64,000 nt of DNA from positions 32,001 to 96,000 of the forward strand of contig JBDGTS010000007.1 in assembly GCA_042216675.1 (NCBI GenBank), in the 5' to 3' direction. A program made the translations under genes and the position numbers. The notes under the pieces were generated by a model. That model worked only from the letters and a program-made list of their open reading frames with translations. It was not told where the DNA came from and made no database searches. Shown in pieces: positions 1 to 8,638 of this stretch. Source of the stretch: Halobacteriaceae archaeon. Lineage in GTDB: Archaea; Halobacteriota; Halobacteria; Halobacteriales; Halobacteriaceae. Every line of letters begins with the position of its first letter. The stretch's first letter is position 1.

Positions 1-641
1 TTGCGGACCTCCGACTCGGCGGTGACCGTCGCCGTGTTCGCGTCGACGTCGATGTCGTCCGCGTACACGTAGACGCCCGTCGTCCCGAGCCACGAGTAGA
101 GGGGAAGCGTCTGGTAGAGTTTGTCGGTGAGGTGGAGTTTGACGTTCTTCGTCACGCCGCCGTAGTTGGCGTTGAAGTTGCGGTCGGCCCACCGGAACGT
201 CTCGCCAGTCGCCGCCTCCTCGTAGTCCCAGTCGTTGTCGACGCGCACTGCGAGGACGTTCTCGCCGTCGGGGTCGACCTGTGCGGTGAGGTCGAAGCCG
301 AAGGCCATCACGCCGTTCTCGTGGCGGCCGAGGAACTCGCCGTTCAGGTACACCTCCGCGGCCTGTCGGACGCCCTCGAACTCCACGAATGCCTTCTTCT
401 CCGCGGTGCCCTCGGGGAGCGTGAACGTCTTTCGGTACCACGCGACGCCCGTCGAGAGGCCGTAGATGTCCTCGCGGAACGCCTCGTCCTCGTTCCACGC
501 GTGCGGGACGCTCACCTGCTCCCAGCCGCCGTCGTCGAACGACGGGTCCGCCGCGCCGTCGGGGTCGCCGACGCGGACCCGCCAGTCGGGGTTCATGCTG
601 TACGTCTCACGGGACCAATCAGGATCGGATTCGGGCGTCAT
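1..641 (-). CDS. Glycoside hydrolase family 2 (beta-galactosidase-like), N-terminal part; runs off the window edge
   Basis: Manual translation from ATG 641: MTPESDPDWSRETYSMNPDWRV...VPHAWNEDEAF...AWYRKTF...FEGVRQAAEVYLNG...GRHENGVMAFGFDLT...NVLAVRVDN...NYGG. This is the GH2 N-terminal sugar-binding domain pattern. Not in the ORF track. Confidence 0.85.
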   Translation of the reverse strand, partial: MTPESDPDWSRETYSMNPDWRVRVGDPDGAADPSFDDGGWEQVSVPHAWNEDEAFREDIYGLSTGVAWYRKTFTLPEGTAEKKAFVEFEGVRQAAEVYLNGEFLGRHENGVMAFGFDLTAQVDPDGENVLAVRVDNDWDYEEAATGETFRWADRNFNANYGGVTKNVKLHLTDKLYQTLPLYSWLGTTGVYVYADDIDVDANTATVTAESEVR

Positions 642-782
642 GGGGAATCTCTCGAACTGGTGGGATGCCGACGAGTGGCCACTTATACGTACGGGTCGGC
701 GAAGGGCCGCGGCGACCCGGTAAACCCGACGCCTCTGCTCCAAGAGACACCTTTTTGGTGTGGTCCCGCATTCCACAGGCGT

Positions 783-2225
783 ATGCATCAACTGCAGACG
801 GAATCCGAGGCCGACGCGGCCGAGGTGTCCGACGTGAAAATCGGCTACGTCGGCGGCGGCAGTCAGGGCTGGGCGCACACACTCATCAACGACCTCGCGC
901 AGTGCGAGGACATCTCCGGCGAAGTCGCACTGTACGACGTGCACTACGAACCCGCCGAGAAGAACGCGCAACTCGGCAATCAGGTCATGGACCGGGACGA
1001 CGCGCCCGGCGACTGGGACTTCGCGGCCTACCGCGAGATGGACGACGCTCTCGCGGACGCCGACTTCGTCATCTGCTCGATTCAGGACCCGCCCGAGGAG
1101 ACGTTCAAACACGACCTCGACATCCCCAAGGAGTACGGCGTCTTCCAGACGGTCGGCGACACCGTCGGCCCGGGCGGGGCCGTCCGCTCCCTGCGCGCCA
1201 TCCCCCAGTACCGCGAAATCGCGGCCACCATCCGGGAGCAGTGTCCCGACGCGTGGGTCATCAACTACACGAACCCGATGACCGTCTGCACGCGGGCGCT
1301 GTACGAGGAGTACCCCGACATCAACGCCATCGGTCTCTGTCACGAGGTGTTCGGCGCCCAGCGCAAGTTCGCCGAACTCGCCGAGGAGTACGTCGACGAG
1401 GCCGAGGACGTCGACATCGACGAAATCGACGTGAACGTGAAGGGCGTCAACCACTTCACGTGGATCGACGAGGCGTACTGGAACGGCCACGACGTGTTCC
1501 AGTACCTCGACGACAAACTCGAGGAAATCGGCCCGCTCCCCCGCTTCGAACAGGGCGAGTTCGACGACGAGTCCTACTGGACGAACAAGGGCGACGTCTG
1601 CTACGACCTGTACGACCGGTTCGGGATGCTCGGCGCGGCGGGCGACCGGCACCTCGTGGAGTTCGTGCCGTGGTACCTCGACATCGACGAGGAGTCCGAA
1701 ATCCAGCGTTGGGGCACCCGCTGTACGCCCTCCAGCGCTCGCGTCGCCGGTGAGCAGGACGTCTCGGAGGCGTCCCGCACCGAGCAGTATCTCTCCGGCG
1801 AGGAGGAGTTCGAGTTCCGAGAGTCCGGCGAGGAAGCGGTGCCCATCATGCGCGCACTGCTGGGCCTCCAGCCGCTGAAGACGCACCTCAACCACCCCAA
1901 CGTGGGGCAGATTCCGGACCTGCCTGAGGGCGCCGTCGTGGAGACGAACGCGCTCATCACGGGCGACAGCGTTCGGCCCATCACCGCCGGCGAACTCACG
2001 CGCCCGATTCGGAACCTCGTCCTCACGGCCGTCCACAATCAGGAGACGCTCATCGAGGCCGGCTTCGAGGGCGACCTCGACCTCGCCTATCAGGCGTTCC
2101 TCAACGAACCGCTCGTCAACGTCCAACCCGACGAGGCCGAGCAGATGTTCCGCGACCTCGTCGAGGTCGAACGCGACTACCTGCAGGACTACAACCTCGA
2201 CACCGCCGACGTGATGCAGGACTAG
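783..2225 (+). CDS. GH4 NAD+/Mn2+-dependent glycosidase, probable alpha-galacturonidase (LplD-like)
   Basis: KIGYVGGGS Rossmann motif, DTVGPGG, INYTNP and GLCHEV. Start reassigned from 132 to ATG 783. Confidence 0.88.
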   Translation: MHQLQTESEADAAEVSDVKIGYVGGGSQGWAHTLINDLAQCEDISGEVALYDVHYEPAEKNAQLGNQVMDRDDAPGDWDFAAYREMDDALADADFVICSIQDPPEETFKHDLDIPKEYGVFQTVGDTVGPGGAVRSLRAIPQYREIAATIREQCPDAWVINYTNPMTVCTRALYEEYPDINAIGLCHEVFGAQRKFAELAEEYVDEAEDVDIDEIDVNVKGVNHFTWIDEAYWNGHDVFQYLDDKLEEIGPLPRFEQGEFDDESYWTNKGDVCYDLYDRFGMLGAAGDRHLVEFVPWYLDIDEESEIQRWGTRCTPSSARVAGEQDVSEASRTEQYLSGEEEFEFRESGEEAVPIMRALLGLQPLKTHLNHPNVGQIPDLPEGAVVETNALITGDSVRPITAGELTRPIRNLVLTAVHNQETLIEAGFEGDLDLAYQAFLNEPLVNVQPDEAEQMFRDLVEVERDYLQDYNLDTADVMQD

Positions 2226-5200
2226 TCGGTCCTGAGTTCGACTTCCTTCTCGACGCGCAGTTCGACCGGGCCGCGCAGGCCCGACGCGGTCTGCCCCTCG
2301 TACACGTAGCGGGTCGGTGTCTCCGTCGCGAAGTGGTTGGCGACGGTGTTCGCGACGCGCACGGTCACCTCGTTCTCGCCGGGGTCGACGGCGTCAGTCA
2401 CGTCGACTTCGAACGGCCGCGAGAACACGGTGTCCACCGTCTCGCCGTCGACGGCGACTTCGGCGGTCACCGCCACGTCGCCGAGGTCCAGAACCACCCT
2501 GTCGCCGTCGTCGGTGTCGGGCACCTCGACCGTCCGGCGGTACTCCGCGATGCCCGAGAAGGAGTCGAGGCCGAGTTCCCGCCAGTCGCCCGCGTCGACG
2601 CGGCCCTCCTCGACGGTCAGCGGAACGGGCGTCTCCCACGCCGCCCCGCGGTTGTAGCCGTCGAGCAGTTCCGTACGGACGACGACTGTCGTGGCCGTCG
2701 TCGCGGGCGCGTCGAGTTCGACGCGGCCCGAGGGCGTCGCGTGTTCCACGCCGTCGACCCACGCCCTCGTCGGCCCTCGGGTGGGCAGGAGGAACGACGT
2801 CGTGCCCGGCGGGAGCGCGAACGCGAACCACGCCACGTCGTCGCGCCACGGGCGCGGTTCGAACCGGAGCGCCCCCGTCTCGAAGAACCACCGGACGCGG
2901 GGGACGTGGTCCATGTTCATCACGTGCGCCGTCGGCGGCGCGGGTTCGAGGGCGACGTGTGTCTCGGTGTCCGGTTCGACGACGATGTGTATCGGGACGG
3001 TGCCCTCGGGAACGTCCAGTTCGACCGACCCCGCCTCGTCGGGGACGGCGACGGGTTCGCCATCGACGCGCAAACTTTGGATGCCGGCGCCGTGGTGACA
3101 GGTCACTGTCTGGGCGTCCTCGCTCACCGCCGCCGACCAGAAGTGCGTGACACCATCGCCGGCGGGCGAAACGAGGAAGTCGTCGGAGACGACGCCGTTG
3201 TGGCCGTGGTCGTCGGGGTGGGTCCCCGGCTTGCCCACGTCGAGGGAGAACTCGTAGAGTGCCCATCCTTCGTCGTCCTCGTCCGGCGTCCGCACGTCGG
3301 CGTCCGCGGGCACGTCCGCCCGGCGCCAGAAGTGCGCGCCGTAGTCCACGAGCGCGTTGTCCCACCCCTCGATGGGGCCGGTGTACCACTCCTCTTCGAC
3401 GCCGTCCTCATCGGAGTCCTCCAGTCGATAGGCGAAGGCCCGCACCTCCGGACCGATCTGTGGTTCGGTGTCCGGATACCGGAAGTCCGCGTACGTGTTG
3501 TCCAGGGTCGGCTCCAGCGAGAACGCCCAGTCCTCGCTCACGTCCACGGGGTCCGGTACGTCGACGCTCGCCGTGGCCGTGACCTCGGTGCCGTCCGCGA
3601 CGGCCGTCGCCTCGTACTCGCCGGACTCGGCGGCGAGGCCGCGAACGGTCGTGCCCTGCTCGTCCGTCTCCACGGCCGTCACGCCGCCGAGGTCCGTGTC
3701 GGTGACGCCGACTCCCGGATCCGCGTGGCCGTCGAAGACGACCACTGCGAACTCGTGGGGCGCGAAGTCGAAGGTCAGGTCGGTGTGTGTGCCCTCGGCG
3801 TCGAACTCGTGAATCGGTTCGGCGGTGCCCGATTCGAGGTCCCAGCGCTCCGGGCGGCCGTCCGCGCGGAACGACGCCTCGACGGTGCGGGCCTCGTCGC
3901 GCGTGTTTAGGACGAGGTACACGTCCTGCCGACCGACGCGGCGGTGCGCGTGGAACACGTCGTCGGGCGCTTTCACGTCGCGGTTCACGAAGTCGTCGAG
4001 AACCTCGTCGAGGTCCGCCACGTCGTCCGCGACGACGCCGGCACCGCCGCTCTCGTGGTCGACGACGGGGTCGCCGTCGGCGGGCGGGCGCGCGTCGCCG
4101 AAGATGGCGTCCAGCGAGTTTTCGAGCGCCGGGTCGCCGGCGCCGCCCTCGACAGTCTCGTCTGGCAAGCGGCCCACCGAGACGACGACGCCGCCCTCGG
4201 CGACGAGTTCCGCGGCCGCCTCGACGACCTCGCGTCGGATCGTCGTCGCCGGGCCGAGGACGAACACGGGCGTCTCGCCGCCGCCGACGGCGAGGTCACC
4301 GTCCACGACCCCGCCGTCCACGATGGTCTCGTGGTCCACGAGGAGGAGGTCGCTCACCGACTCGTAGAACGCCTCGGCCACCTCGCGGGTGCGGGCGTCG
4401 ATGGCTTCGCCCTCGTCGGACATCTCGACGGGGTAGCGCGCGCCCGGCCCCTCTTTCTTCTCGTGGGCCGCGGCGCGGCGCTCCGCCTGCATCGTCGTGA
4501 TGGGGTAGTGCATCGCCGCGTCGACGACCCGGTCGCCCTGACTGAACAGGTACATCAGGCGCGTGACGGCGTCGTTGAACGCGTCGGCGTGTTCCCAGTA
4601 GGGCTGACGGAAGTGCGTGTCCGGCGGCGCGTGCTCGTACCAGCCACCGAGGGTCGTGTAGTAGAGGCCGTGCTTGTTGAAGCGATTGAGGCCGTAGCAG
4701 ACGTTCTCGGCGATGCCGGCGTACTGCAGGCGCGGCGGGAAGCCCCACCCGGTCGTGTGGAACAGTTCGCCCCACACCCGGTCGCGGCCGTAGTTCTCGG
4801 CGATGGAGGACGCCACCTTCGCGTCGAAGAACGTCCGGGTGCCGATGCCCTCGAAGCGCCCGCCGTCGTCGTAGCCGGGCTCCTGAAACCACCGCATCGT
4901 CCGCATGTAGTCGCCGTACTCGGAGTGGTGTTCGGTGAGGTCCTCGCGACCCCAGTTGTCGTGTGCGAACTTCAGGCCGCGGCGTTCGTGCCACTCGTAG
5001 AGCGGTTCGAACCAGTTCTCCTCCAGCATCGTCGTCACGACGTCGTGGTAGCGGCTCCGGATGGCCCCGGTGTCGGCGCCACAATCCTCGAAGAGTGCGA
5101 CGAGGTCCTCCGTCGGGTCCTCGCCCCAGTCGGCCTCGTAGCGCGCGAGGAGTCTGTCGTCGCAGGGAATCGTCCCCTGTAGCATGAACAGTTCGTCCTG

Positions 5201-5998
5201 GAACGTGCCGACGATGCTCTCGCCGAGATACTCGCCCAGTCGCTCGACGTAGGCCTCGTAGTGGTGTTCGATGACGCGGTCCACGGCGTCCCGCGTCGTC
5301 CGGCAGAGGCCCTCTGGCCGGTAACCGATACTCGCCACGTGCCAGTTGCCCTCGGGTGCGGTCCACTCGACGGCGCCGCCCTCGTGGTCGAGTTCGATGG
5401 CGCCCTCGGTGTCGAGGGTGCCGTCGTCGGCGCGGGGGTAGGCCGCCACAGAGAGCGGCGTGAAGTCCTCTCGGGGGTCGAGTTCGGCCGTCTCGCCGCC
5501 GGATACGTCGACGGCTTCCCGGTCGAGGACGTGGCCCTGCAGTTCCGGTCGCTCGTCGATTTCCTCCTCGACGGTGTCCTGCCAGTAGCGCTTCCACGAC
5601 GGCGGACTGTGGTGGTACGTCTCGTCGTGAATCCACAGGTCCATCTCGAGGCGGTCACACTCCGACGCCGCGTGGTCCATCATCTCCCACCACTCCTCGG
5701 AGAAGTAGGACTGGCGGGGTCCCTCCGGCGGCCCTTCGGGGTACTTCATCTCGAAGCAGACGGCCTCGACGCCCTGCTCCGAGAGGGTTTCGAGTTGGTC
5801 GGTGATACGCCCCCTCTCGAGGTCGTCGCCGTCCCACCACCAGAACGGGACGTTACCGAAGTCGGCGTGGGAGGGGTCGCTGAACCCCTCGATTAGCGCC
5901 TCGCGCTCGGTGCCCGCGCCCTCACGGTGGTCCGGTGCGGGCCTGTGGCTGATGGTGTCCTTCTGAATGTCGGGGTCCATCGGGTCCGGTCGTGGCAT
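2222..5998 (-). CDS. Large GH106-like glycoside hydrolase (putative alpha-L-rhamnosidase) with C-terminal beta-sandwich domains
   Basis: PFWWWDG, YFSEEWW, LWIHDE, FQDE, KVASSIA..YG, ELFHTTGWG; C-terminal FSGIAEYRR..LDLGDV..N.V.V.VANT..N. Confidence 0.7.
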   Translation of the reverse strand: MPRPDPMDPDIQKDTISHRPAPDHREGAGTEREALIEGFSDPSHADFGNVPFWWWDGDDLERGRITDQLETLSEQGVEAVCFEMKYPEGPPEGPRQSYFSEEWWEMMDHAASECDRLEMDLWIHDETYHHSPPSWKRYWQDTVEEEIDERPELQGHVLDREAVDVSGGETAELDPREDFTPLSVAAYPRADDGTLDTEGAIELDHEGGAVEWTAPEGNWHVASIGYRPEGLCRTTRDAVDRVIEHHYEAYVERLGEYLGESIVGTFQDELFMLQGTIPCDDRLLARYEADWGEDPTEDLVALFEDCGADTGAIRSRYHDVVTTMLEENWFEPLYEWHERRGLKFAHDNWGREDLTEHHSEYGDYMRTMRWFQEPGYDDGGRFEGIGTRTFFDAKVASSIAENYGRDRVWGELFHTTGWGFPPRLQYAGIAENVCYGLNRFNKHGLYYTTLGGWYEHAPPDTHFRQPYWEHADAFNDAVTRLMYLFSQGDRVVDAAMHYPITTMQAERRAAAHEKKEGPGARYPVEMSDEGEAIDARTREVAEAFYESVSDLLLVDHETIVDGGVVDGDLAVGGGETPVFVLGPATTIRREVVEAAAELVAEGGVVVSVGRLPDETVEGGAGDPALENSLDAIFGDARPPADGDPVVDHESGGAGVVADDVADLDEVLDDFVNRDVKAPDDVFHAHRRVGRQDVYLVLNTRDEARTVEASFRADGRPERWDLESGTAEPIHEFDAEGTHTDLTFDFAPHEFAVVVFDGHADPGVGVTDTDLGGVTAVETDEQGTTVRGLAAESGEYEATAVADGTEVTATASVDVPDPVDVSEDWAFSLEPTLDNTYADFRYPDTEPQIGPEVRAFAYRLEDSDEDGVEEEWYTGPIEGWDNALVDYGAHFWRRADVPADADVRTPDEDDEGWALYEFSLDVGKPGTHPDDHGHNGVVSDDFLVSPAGDGVTHFWSAAVSEDAQTVTCHHGAGIQSLRVDGEPVAVPDEAGSVELDVPEGTVPIHIVVEPDTETHVALEPAPPTAHVMNMDHVPRVRWFFETGALRFEPRPWRDDVAWFAFALPPGTTSFLLPTRGPTRAWVDGVEHATPSGRVELDAPATTATTVVVRTELLDGYNRGAAWETPVPLTVEEGRVDAGDWRELGLDSFSGIAEYRRTVEVPDTDDGDRVVLDLGDVAVTAEVAVDGETVDTVFSRPFEVDVTDAVDPGENEVTVRVANTVANHFATETPTRYVYEGQTASGLRGPVELRVEKEVELRTD

Positions 5999-6000
5999 CG

Positions 6001-7206
6001 TTACTGTCTAGTCCCTGTCGTGGGGTCCTCATAAACGGGCAGGTCCTCGAAGTCGGGAATCTCCACGAGGAACGCGTCGTCGGTGCCCGTCGGGTCCCCG
6101 TCGAACGCGATGGTGGACCCGTCGGGACTCATCCGTGCGTGGGGGTGGGGGCTGTCGGGGTCCCACGCGTGCGTGGCTAGTTTTCGAGGCCCATCGTACT
6201 CGTCCGTTGACTCGTCGTACTCGTACAGAAGGAGGAAGGGCACCTTCGCGTCGTCGCCGTCACAGACGAATCGCTCGCGAGTGTTCGAGTGACAGTGGGT
6301 GCGCCGGACCGGAATCTCCGTCTCTCGCCGGTCGGTGTCGTCCCACTTGATGGTGCCGTGGAAGCAGTTCTCGTTGTTGTTCTCGCCCTGCCAGCCGTGG
6401 TAGCCGACGTGTTCGCCGTCGCGAAGCCAGTACTCGTGGCCGACGGCCTCGTCCTCGTCGACTTCGCGGAGCGGTTCGTTGCGGTCCGTCTCGGTGTTGA
6501 CGATGTGGATGCGGTTGTCCACCTTCCCCCACGGCCCCTCGTGACAGTACGTGAACAGTTCGGGGCGCGTCGGGGAGGCGTTGACGTGAGAGATCCAGTA
6601 CTCCTCCTCGTGGAGCAGTTCCGTCTCGTCCGCGCCCTCGATGTTGGCGGCGAAGATGGCGCAGTGGGGGTACTCCGCGCGGTTCGCCTCGTGGCCCTCG
6701 ACGCCCGTTCGCTCGGAGACGGAGACGAGGAGACGTTCGCCGTCCGCGAGGAGGTCGTCGACGCCGAAACTGTAGTCGTCGTAGCCGTCGGGCTTCTGCA
6801 CGACGGCGCGGAGGTCGAGCGTCGTCACGTCGAGACCGAGGACGTACTCCGCGTCGTACCGGTCGCCGGTGGTGCTGTACGCGAAGTACACTTCGTTCGT
6901 CTCGGGGTTGACGCGGGTACAGCCACCGACGCCGTTCGGGAGGTCGGTGAGGCGGGTCAACTGCCCGGTTTCGAGGTCCGCGGAGTAGAGGTCACGCCCG
7001 CCCTCTCGCTTGCACCGCAGGATGAGGCGCCGGCCGTCGTCGTACCAGCCGTCGGTGGTGAAGTAGAGGTGTCTGTCGTCGCTGTCGGGGTCGGTCGTGA
7101 GGCGGTGGACCGTCGCGCCCGTGTTCGGGTCGGTGTACGTGTTCAGTTCCGAGGGGAGCACTGTGCCGGCGCGGGGTCCCTGCTCGACGTCGAGTTCGTG
7201 AACCAT
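6001..7206 (-). CDS. Oligogalacturonate lyase family (PL22, Ogl-like), copy 1
   Basis: YTDPNTGATVHRLT, HLYFT, HVN, YCHEGPW, GHEYW, HCH, PHPH. Confidence 0.85.
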   Translation of the reverse strand: MVHELDVEQGPRAGTVLPSELNTYTDPNTGATVHRLTTDPDSDDRHLYFTTDGWYDDGRRLILRCKREGGRDLYSADLETGQLTRLTDLPNGVGGCTRVNPETNEVYFAYSTTGDRYDAEYVLGLDVTTLDLRAVVQKPDGYDDYSFGVDDLLADGERLLVSVSERTGVEGHEANRAEYPHCAIFAANIEGADETELLHEEEYWISHVNASPTRPELFTYCHEGPWGKVDNRIHIVNTETDRNEPLREVDEDEAVGHEYWLRDGEHVGYHGWQGENNNENCFHGTIKWDDTDRRETEIPVRRTHCHSNTRERFVCDGDDAKVPFLLLYEYDESTDEYDGPRKLATHAWDPDSPHPHARMSPDGSTIAFDGDPTGTDDAFLVEIPDFEDLPVYEDPTTGTRQ

Positions 7207-7269
7207 GGGCCGACTTCACCTGCCTGACGGCAATAAACGCTCACGTAGGGGAAATCCGCGGGGGCTTCG

Positions 7270-8496
7270 TCACGACAGCGTGTAGTCGCCGAGTTCCGGC
7301 AGGTCATCGAAGTCCGGCACGTCCACGAGGTACACGTCGCTCCCATCGCCGTTCATCGTGCTGTCGAAGACGACTGTCTCGTCGTTCGGGCCGACGCGGG
7401 CGTGGGGATGTGCGTCGTCGTCGCCGCTCCAGTCGTGGGTCGCGAGTTTGCGCGGTCCGCGCATCTCTCCATCCCGCTCGGCCCAGACGAGCAGCGACTC
7501 GATGCCGCGGTAGGTGCCGTCGCAGACGACGAGTCCGGTGTCGTTGGCGTGGAAGTGCGTGTACGCGTCCGGCGCGTCGAACTCGTCCGGGTCGCCGCCC
7601 TCGTGGTCGACCACGCCGAAGAACGCCGCCGCGTCGTCCCTGTCGCCGCGCCACCCGTGGTAGCCGACGCGCTCACCGTCCGCCAGCCAGAACTCGTGGC
7701 CCACGGCCTCGTCGGCGTCCGTCTCGCGAACTTTCCACTGCTCGCCGGTGTCGAGGTTCAGCGCCCAGATGCGTTCGTCCACCTCGTCCCACGGCCCCTC
7801 GTGGCAGTACGTGAGGCGGTCCGCGCGCGTCGGGGAGGTGTTGACGTGCCCGAGCCACGTCTGCTCCTCGTGGAGCACTTCGGCCTCGCCCCCCTCGGCG
7901 GGGACGGCGAGGACGAGCGAGTGCGGGTCCGCGTCGTGCATCCGCGCCATCCACGACCCACGGTCCTCGTCGGCGTCCTCGTCGTCGCCGTCGCTCGCGC
8001 GGTTCCCACTGAACGACGGACGCTCGACCGCTCGCTCGACGAGTTGGAAACAGACCGTCTCGCCGTCGGCGGTCACGCCGGGCTTGCCGCTGTCGTAGTC
8101 GGCGTACTCGCCGCCGCGTTCGTACACGGTCCACGCGTCGAGGCCGTCGAGAGCGAGGCCGACGAGGCGGTCTCCACACCAGAAGTACGCCTCGTCCGCG
8201 GCCGGACTCGTCGTCACGCCGTGGACCTCGTCGGACAGGTCGGTGAGTTGCGTGACGAGGTGGCTGTCGAGGTGGACCGAGAACAGTTCGTGGTCGCCGT
8301 GGCGGACGCCCCGGAACAGCAGGCGTCGGCCGTCGTCGTAGCGGCCGTCCTCGGTGAAGTAGAGGTGGCGGTTGTCCGAGCCGGGGTAGTCGGTGAGCCG
8401 ATGCACTGTCGCGCCCGTCTCCGGGTCCTCGTACGCCGTCGCCTCGGCGGGCCAGTGTCGGCCGGCCTTCGGTCCCTGTTGGAGTGGTTCGACCAT
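7270..8496 (-). CDS. Oligogalacturonate lyase family (PL22, Ogl-like), copy 2
   Basis: YEDPETGATVHRLT, HLYFT, YCHEGPW, GHEFW, HFH, HPH. Start reassigned to ATG 8496, which aligns with the N-terminus of copy 1. Confidence 0.85.
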   Translation of the reverse strand: MVEPLQQGPKAGRHWPAEATAYEDPETGATVHRLTDYPGSDNRHLYFTEDGRYDDGRRLLFRGVRHGDHELFSVHLDSHLVTQLTDLSDEVHGVTTSPAADEAYFWCGDRLVGLALDGLDAWTVYERGGEYADYDSGKPGVTADGETVCFQLVERAVERPSFSGNRASDGDDEDADEDRGSWMARMHDADPHSLVLAVPAEGGEAEVLHEEQTWLGHVNTSPTRADRLTYCHEGPWDEVDERIWALNLDTGEQWKVRETDADEAVGHEFWLADGERVGYHGWRGDRDDAAAFFGVVDHEGGDPDEFDAPDAYTHFHANDTGLVVCDGTYRGIESLLVWAERDGEMRGPRKLATHDWSGDDDAHPHARVGPNDETVVFDSTMNGDGSDVYLVDVPDFDDLPELGDYTLS

Positions 8497-8638
8497 CGTC
8501 CCCACTCTGGACCCCCCTGATTTAAGTCTCCTGCCCGTCGTCGAAAATATCGAGCGGTGTGTGTTCCGATATTCGACACATAGGAAACGCGGATGATGGA
8601 AAATTATATATGTGGCTGTGTCAATTGTCGTCACACAC
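8497..8638. promoter_or_regulatory. Divergent promoter region between PL22 copy 2 and the solute-binding protein
   Basis: AT-rich. TATA-like tttaag at 8521 (for the minus gene) and aaattatata at 8601-8610 (for the plus gene). Imperfect inverted repeat gtcgaaaatatcg/cgatattcgac at 8540-8577. Confidence 0.6.

Noticed and set aside
132-782. 217-aa N-terminal extension of the GH4 ORF
   Set aside because: It lies antisense to the GH2 gene at 1-641, and GH4 homology begins only after ATG 783.
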